Positions 58,890 through 64,000 of a stretch of DNA of 64,000 nt are shown here, piece after piece. The position numbers and the translations under genes were made by a program. This DNA is from Candidatus Omnitrophota bacterium (GTDB lineage: Bacteria > Omnitrophota > Gorgyraeia > JAFGHF01): the NCBI GenBank assembly GCA_020341815.1, contig CP070837.1, forward strand, positions 1,474,607 to 1,538,606. Direction: 5' to 3'. The notes beneath the pieces are model-generated. The model was given only the letters and a program-made list of their open reading frames with translations, was not told where the DNA came from and searched no databases. Every line of letters starts with the position of its first letter. Position 1 is the stretch's first letter.

Positions 58890-60734
58890 ATGCTTAAAAA
58901 CGAAAATATAATATGTATTTCATCGATTGACTGGGATTTCAACTGGCAGGGGCATCAGGAGATAATGTCTACTTTCGCCAGGAATAACAACAGGGTCTTA
59001 TTTATAGAAAATACAGGCGTACGAGTACCTACCCTGAAGGACCTTCCCCGATTAAAAAAACGACTGAGCAATTGGCTTAAAGGGATAAGTGGAATAAGGA
59101 AAGAAGAAGAGAATCTGTTTGTATTTTCGCCGCTGGTAATCCCATTTCCTTACTCCAGGATAGCCAGATGGATTAACAGGTATTTGTTGCTTTCAACCTT
59201 GAAGAAGTGGATTAAGGTAATGGACTTTAATGACCCGATTATCTGGACATTTTTACCCACAGGCATAAGTCTGGATTTAATCGCTAACATAGACAAAAAG
59301 ATGTCGGTATATTACTGCATTGCCGAATTTACAAAACTGGTCAGAGACTCCCGGAAGATAAGAAGGACTGAAAAAGAGCTGCTGAAAAAGGCCGATCTAA
59401 TCTTTGCGCAGGGTGAGAAACTTAAACAATGGTGCGAAAGTTATAATTCCAATGTGACCATTTTCCCATTCGGGGTTAACTCCGAGGCCTTCCATAATAC
59501 AACTTTGGACGGCAAGGAAAGCCTTCCCGATTTAAAGGGCATAAAAAGGCCGATTATCGGTTATATAGGAGGATTGCATAAACATATAGATTATGAGCTG
59601 ATAGAGTGTTTGGCCGCGAGGAATCCTCATTGGTCCTTTCTTTTTGTCGGCCCCGTGCAGACAGATGTCGCCAGAATTGGAAGGCTTGACAATGTCTTTC
59701 TCGTTGGAGAGAAAAAACACTTCGATTTGCCAAAATATATAGGTGCATTTGATGTATGCCTGATTCCTTATCTTTTGACCGACTATACCTCCACCGTTTA
59801 TCCCACAAAATTGAACGAATATCTCATTATGGGAAAGCCCGTGCTTTCCACAGACTTGCCGGAGGTTAGAGCTTTTAATCAGAAATATGGAAATGTGCTT
59901 ATGATCGGGCAAACCACGGACGAGTTCAAGGCTTATATAACTGAAGTATTGGAAAAAAACGACAAAGATATGGTTGGCAAAAGGATTAAGGCTGCGCAGG
60001 AAAACAGCTGGAAAAAAAGAATCGAACAAATGAGTAATTTGATTGAAGAGGAGATTGAAAGGAAGAAACATGATAAAGACCTAAGGTGGAAGGAAGGCTT
60101 GCGTAAGTTTTACAGGCAGTCCCGCAGAAGCTTAAAGGCCACGGCTTTCGCCTGTTTGCTGGCCTATCTCTTATTATTCTATACGCCATTCTTATGGTTT
60201 GCGGCCAGGCCTTTAAAAATATCCGAACCTCTTCAGGCAGCTAATGCTATTGTAGTTTTTGGAGGCGGAGTTGGCGAAGGTGGCAGCCCCGGTAAAAGCA
60301 CTATTGAAAGAGCCCGGTATGCCGGCGAATTGTATAAAAGCGGATATGCCAATCATATTATTTTTTCGTCAGGTTATAGTTTTAAATATAACGATGCAGA
60401 AAATATGAAGCTCGTTGCTCTTTCAGCCGGCGTTGCCGAGAAAGATATAATTTTAGAACAGAAGGCAAATAGTACTTATGAAAATGCCAGGTTTACAGGA
60501 GAGATAATAAATGATTACGGCTGGAGCTCAATTTTATTAGTTAGTTCTCCTTACAATATGCGCAGGGCATCGTTGGCGTTTAAAAAACTAAATAAGAACT
60601 TAAAGATTACTTATGCGCCGATAAGCAATCCTCAATTTTATAGACGTGACGGAAAGGTAAAATGGGAGCAAATCAGAGCTATAGGACATGAATATTTAGG
60701 GATTTTGTATTATTTTATTAAAGGATATATTTGA
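58890..60734 (+). CDS. Fusion: GT4 (TuaH-like) glycosyltransferase, TM helix and DUF218 (YdcF/ElyC/SanA) domain
   Basis: N-terminal 'YPTKLNEYLIMGKPV', then TM 'ATAFACLLAYLLLFYTPFLWF', then 'IVVFGGG', 'FSSG', 'ANSTYENA', 'VSSPYNMRRA', 'HEYLG'. Confidence 0.85.
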   Translation: MLKNENIICISSIDWDFNWQGHQEIMSTFARNNNRVLFIENTGVRVPTLKDLPRLKKRLSNWLKGISGIRKEEENLFVFSPLVIPFPYSRIARWINRYLLLSTLKKWIKVMDFNDPIIWTFLPTGISLDLIANIDKKMSVYYCIAEFTKLVRDSRKIRRTEKELLKKADLIFAQGEKLKQWCESYNSNVTIFPFGVNSEAFHNTTLDGKESLPDLKGIKRPIIGYIGGLHKHIDYELIECLAARNPHWSFLFVGPVQTDVARIGRLDNVFLVGEKKHFDLPKYIGAFDVCLIPYLLTDYTSTVYPTKLNEYLIMGKPVLSTDLPEVRAFNQKYGNVLMIGQTTDEFKAYITEVLEKNDKDMVGKRIKAAQENSWKKRIEQMSNLIEEEIERKKHDKDLRWKEGLRKFYRQSRRSLKATAFACLLAYLLLFYTPFLWFAARPLKISEPLQAANAIVVFGGGVGEGGSPGKSTIERARYAGELYKSGYANHIIFSSGYSFKYNDAENMKLVALSAGVAEKDIILEQKANSTYENARFTGEIINDYGWSSILLVSSPYNMRRASLAFKKLNKNLKITYAPISNPQFYRRDGKVKWEQIRAIGHEYLGILYYFIKGYI

Positions 60735-60738
60735 AATC

Positions 60739-62976
60739 ATGAGAATAGCGCTAATATTTCCACCTTATACACATAAGATATTTTCGGAGAACCTGGCTGT
60801 TGTAGATGAGGAATTTTGTGTTGCCCCGCCTATAATTTTGGCCTATGTAGCTGCTATTCTTGAGGCGCATGGGCATAAGGTAATGCTGCTCGATGCTAAG
60901 GTATTGAGTTTGTCAAAGGAGGAGGCGCTTGAGAGAATAAGGGCCTTTAAACCGGACATTTTAGGGTTTAGAGCGGAGACTTATCACTTTCATGATGCCT
61001 TGGATTGGGTGCGTTATCTAAAACACAGACTTAATGTTCCTGTCGTTGCCGGGGGTCTTAATCTATCCATGTATCCTAAAGAAACCCTTTCTCATAGCGA
61101 GATAGATTACGGAATCGTTGGGGAGGCGATAGAATCATTACCAAGGCTGGTTTCTGCGTTAGAATATGGAGACAGCGTAAGTGAGATACCCGGTGTCATA
61201 CATAGAAATAAAGAGAAAGGAGATGTTATTATTAATTCACCGGCAGAAAAATATGTAGATTTCGATTCTTATCCGTTTCCTGCCCGGCATCTTTTGCCAA
61301 ACGAAAAATACTATTCCTTCATATCACAACGCAAGAATTTTACGGTTATGGTTACGGCTACGGGATGCCCCTTCAAATGTAATTTTTGCGCTATTCCACA
61401 TCTCTATCGGCCGCGTTCGGTCAAAAATGTTATTGATGAGATTGAAGCCTGCTACCGCGACTTTAACGTAAGAGAGATAGACTTTTTTGACCCGGTATTA
61501 TTTATAAATAAAAACAGGGCACTGGAATTATTTCATGAGATTAAAAAGCGTAAACTAGATATAGAATGGTCTTGCCGTTCGAGGGTTGATGCGGTTGATA
61601 ATGAAATATTGCGGGAGGCCGCAGGCGCGGGATGCAGGCAGATATATTATGGAATAGAGTCGGTAGACCCCCAAATATTGCATACTATAAAAAAAGAGAT
61701 AGGTCCGGCACAAGTCAAGCAGGCGATTAAATGGTCAAAGAGATACGGCATAAGGGCAATGGGCTTCTTTATGGTAGGCAATCAGGGAGAGACAAAAGAA
61801 AGTGTGCGGCGCACAATCGGATTTGCCAAGGATTTGGGGTTAGAATTCATCCAGGTCTGCAGGACAATCGCAAAGCCCGGAACAAATCTTGATAAGATTA
61901 TGATAGAAAAAAGCGGAAAGGACTACTGGAGGGAGCATGTCTCGGGAAAAAAGATAGAAGGACGTCTTCCTACTTCCTGGTCTACCTTGTCGGAGCCGGA
62001 AATAGAAGCGCTTACAAAGGAGTTTTATCTGAAGTTTTACTTTCGTCCAAAAATTATATGGAGCAGGGTTCTTCAGCTTAAATCTATAAGTGAACTCACC
62101 AGATATATAAAAGTAGCATGGAGGATGCTTTTACAAAAATCAGAGCTATATTCCCGCGTCCTTACCGATACCTCTGAGGCAGAAGGGTTCCTGGCCCAGA
62201 GCGATAGCTATTTATCGCAGGCTAAAGAGTGCAGAGTAGCAGTCGTCATTCCGACTTACAATGAGAAAGATAATATAGAGGGAATAATCACTACTATTTT
62301 GGATATTTTGCCTAATGCTTATATTGTTGTAGTTGATGACAAATCACCTGATGGAACAGGGGATATCGTTCGAAATATTGCCGATAGAGACAAGCGCATA
62401 CATTTTATCAGTCGCAGCGGAGAGAAGGGCTTGGGATTGGCATATATTACGGGATTTAAATATGTGCTGGAGAGCTTACCGGTAGATTACATCTTTGAGA
62501 TGGATGCGGATTTTTCGCATAATCCCAGGTATCTTCCGATATTTTTAGAATATGCAAAAGAATGTGATTTGATTATAGGTTCCCGTTTCTTGAGGAGAGT
62601 GAGTATAAAAAATAGAGCCCGCTGGCGCAATATTATATCGATAACCAGCAAATGGTTTATAAATGCGCTCATTGGAACTCGCCTCACAGATATGACTACA
62701 GGCTTTAAGTGTTTTCAAAAAAAGGTCTTGGCAGCTATAGAATTGGACAAAATGCACTCTAAGGGGTATGCCTTTCAAATTGAAATGTCATTTTTGGCGA
62801 AAAGCAGGGGATTTAGCATTAAGGAATTGCCTATTTTGTTTATAGAAAGAAGTAAAGGCTATTCTAAATTGTCTTTAAAAATTATCTTCGAAGGTTTTTT
62901 CTTAATCTGGAGACTGGCAATCAAGAGATTATTGGGATTTGAAGTTAAAGATGGACAAAATATATATAGAAAATAG
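60739..62976 (+). CDS. Fusion: cobalamin-binding radical SAM and DPM1-like GT2 (polyprenol-phosphate glycosyltransferase)
   Basis: 'GCPFKCNFC' and 'YGIES', then 'VIPTYNE', 'VVDDKSPDGT', 'MDADFSH', 'GSRF', 'D.TTGFK', 'FQIE'. Confidence 0.9.
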   Translation: MRIALIFPPYTHKIFSENLAVVDEEFCVAPPIILAYVAAILEAHGHKVMLLDAKVLSLSKEEALERIRAFKPDILGFRAETYHFHDALDWVRYLKHRLNVPVVAGGLNLSMYPKETLSHSEIDYGIVGEAIESLPRLVSALEYGDSVSEIPGVIHRNKEKGDVIINSPAEKYVDFDSYPFPARHLLPNEKYYSFISQRKNFTVMVTATGCPFKCNFCAIPHLYRPRSVKNVIDEIEACYRDFNVREIDFFDPVLFINKNRALELFHEIKKRKLDIEWSCRSRVDAVDNEILREAAGAGCRQIYYGIESVDPQILHTIKKEIGPAQVKQAIKWSKRYGIRAMGFFMVGNQGETKESVRRTIGFAKDLGLEFIQVCRTIAKPGTNLDKIMIEKSGKDYWREHVSGKKIEGRLPTSWSTLSEPEIEALTKEFYLKFYFRPKIIWSRVLQLKSISELTRYIKVAWRMLLQKSELYSRVLTDTSEAEGFLAQSDSYLSQAKECRVAVVIPTYNEKDNIEGIITTILDILPNAYIVVVDDKSPDGTGDIVRNIADRDKRIHFISRSGEKGLGLAYITGFKYVLESLPVDYIFEMDADFSHNPRYLPIFLEYAKECDLIIGSRFLRRVSIKNRARWRNIISITSKWFINALIGTRLTDMTTGFKCFQKKVLAAIELDKMHSKGYAFQIEMSFLAKSRGFSIKELPILFIERSKGYSKLSLKIIFEGFFLIWRLAIKRLLGFEVKDGQNIYRK

Positions 62977-63619
62977 AGATAAAAGCTACATAAATAGATA
63001 TAAGCTTTCCCGCAGGATGAGACAGATATTGTCGGCCATACAAAACTATAAGCCGGGTGAGGGACTTTCTCTCTTGGAAATAGGCGCTGCCGATGGCATT
63101 CTATTGGAATTTTTGCATAGAAATCTAAATTTAGGTAAAGCCATTGGCATTGAGCCTTCACTGGAATGTATTCAAGTTGGCAAACATAAAAGCGTAAAAT
63201 TGGTTCAGGCAATCGGCGAAAGATTGCCTTTCAGAAAGGACTGTTTTGACATTATAGTAGCGGCTTCGGTGATAGACCACTTAACTGATGTAAATATGTT
63301 TTTGAATGAGGCGCACAGAGTGTTGAAGTCAAACGGCATCCTGGTTCTGACTGCTGTTGTGCCTTTCTATGATAGATTGGCTAATATAACGGGGCTTGAC
63401 AAAGGACTGCACTCCCATGTCCAGACTTTTAATACGCCGGAACTAAAGAATTTATTAGAGGAGAATCAATTTAAGACTTTACTGGCTGAAAGGTTTGCGC
63501 TTCCGAGTTTTGGGCTTTTGCCCTTTGAAAACGCAATAGAGCATATATTGAAAAAATTACGCCTGGGCTTTATAATGTTTTATTCTTTAATTGTAGCGGA
63601 AAATAATTCAGGTAATTAA
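62951..63619 (+). CDS. Class I SAM-dependent methyltransferase
   Basis: 'LLEIGAADG', 'LPF...FD', 'VIDH', 'RVLK.NG'. Confidence 0.85.
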   Translation: MDKIYIENRDKSYINRYKLSRRMRQILSAIQNYKPGEGLSLLEIGAADGILLEFLHRNLNLGKAIGIEPSLECIQVGKHKSVKLVQAIGERLPFRKDCFDIIVAASVIDHLTDVNMFLNEAHRVLKSNGILVLTAVVPFYDRLANITGLDKGLHSHVQTFNTPELKNLLEENQFKTLLAERFALPSFGLLPFENAIEHILKKLRLGFIMFYSLIVAENNSGN

Positions 63620-63626
63620 CGGTGAT

Positions 63627-64000
63627 ATGAAAACAACCGACCTAATTAAAGATGTTTTGCTGGTATATTTAAGCCAGGAGCATTCAGATTATTTGATTTC
63701 AGAGAGGCTTGACTATGGGATGAAACGGGTTCCCAAACTGGGCTTTATGTACCTTGCCGCAGTCCTTGGAGAAAAAGGCGTGCATGCTCACATAATGGAT
63801 CAGGAGTTGCAACCTTTTACATTTGAGGATTTAGCCGGGAGGTTGCAAAAAGAGAAGTTCGGATTTATCGGATTCTATTCAACTACGGCGATAAAATCAA
63901 AACTTTTACGCTACATAAAAAGACTTAGACTGTCGAATATCGATATTCCGATAATCGTGGGAGGCCCGGGTTATTTTGCCGCCCAAGAATATCTTGAAGC
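63627..64000 (+). CDS. Cobalamin-binding radical SAM protein, N-terminal part (3' truncated; not in ORF track)
   Basis: Manual translation: MKTTDLIKDVLLVYL...VPKLGFMYLAAVL...IGFYSTT...IIVGGPG. This is a B12-binding domain, open to the window end. Confidence 0.75.
   Translation, partial: MKTTDLIKDVLLVYLSQEHSDYLISERLDYGMKRVPKLGFMYLAAVLGEKGVHAHIMDQELQPFTFEDLAGRLQKEKFGFIGFYSTTAIKSKLLRYIKRLRLSNIDIPIIVGGPGYFAAQEYLE

Noticed and set aside
1-64000. CRISPR arrays, tRNA/rRNA, IS elements, riboswitches (including a cobalamin riboswitch)
   Set aside because: No intergenic space is long enough (all gaps under 50 bp), and no repeat-spacer pattern or transposase/integrase motif was seen.

Overview
The whole 64-kb window is one continuous, tightly packed, + strand surface-glycan biosynthesis and tailoring locus of about 57 genes, open at both ends. 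Gaps are under 50 bp and many genes overlap as ATGA/TGATG. Conventional parts: three GT-C (ArnT/PMT-like) membrane proteins, GT2/GT4 glycosyltransferases, an RmlD-like reductase, an AsnB-type amidotransferase, a legionaminic-acid-type block (legB, legC, NeuD-like, neuB, neuC, CBS-nucleotidyltransferase), an MsbA/PglK-like ABC flippase, a sulfotransferase and four methyltransferases. Unusual parts: (i) ten radical SAM genes, seven with a cobalamin-binding domain, one fused to a DPM1-like GT2; (ii) three NeuB-family synthases, three cytidylyltransferases and three large candidate nonulosonate transferases; (iii) a natural-product-like cassette (~16.8-30.6 kb) with a PIG-L deacetylase, DUF4910, AAC(3)-family acyltransferase, acyl carrier protein, stand-alone adenylation enzyme, Ntn-hydrolase, WbqC, two B12 radical SAMs, a DUF692/MNIO-like enzyme with no precursor peptide, and a 'hypothetical' protein whose motifs align, by eye, with the CofE (F420:gamma-glutamyl ligase) fold. 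I infer that this cassette builds an unusual aminoacyl group on a carrier protein and installs it on a glycan sugar. No RNA genes, CRISPR arrays or mobile elements were recognised. All assignments come from motif reading, not database searches.
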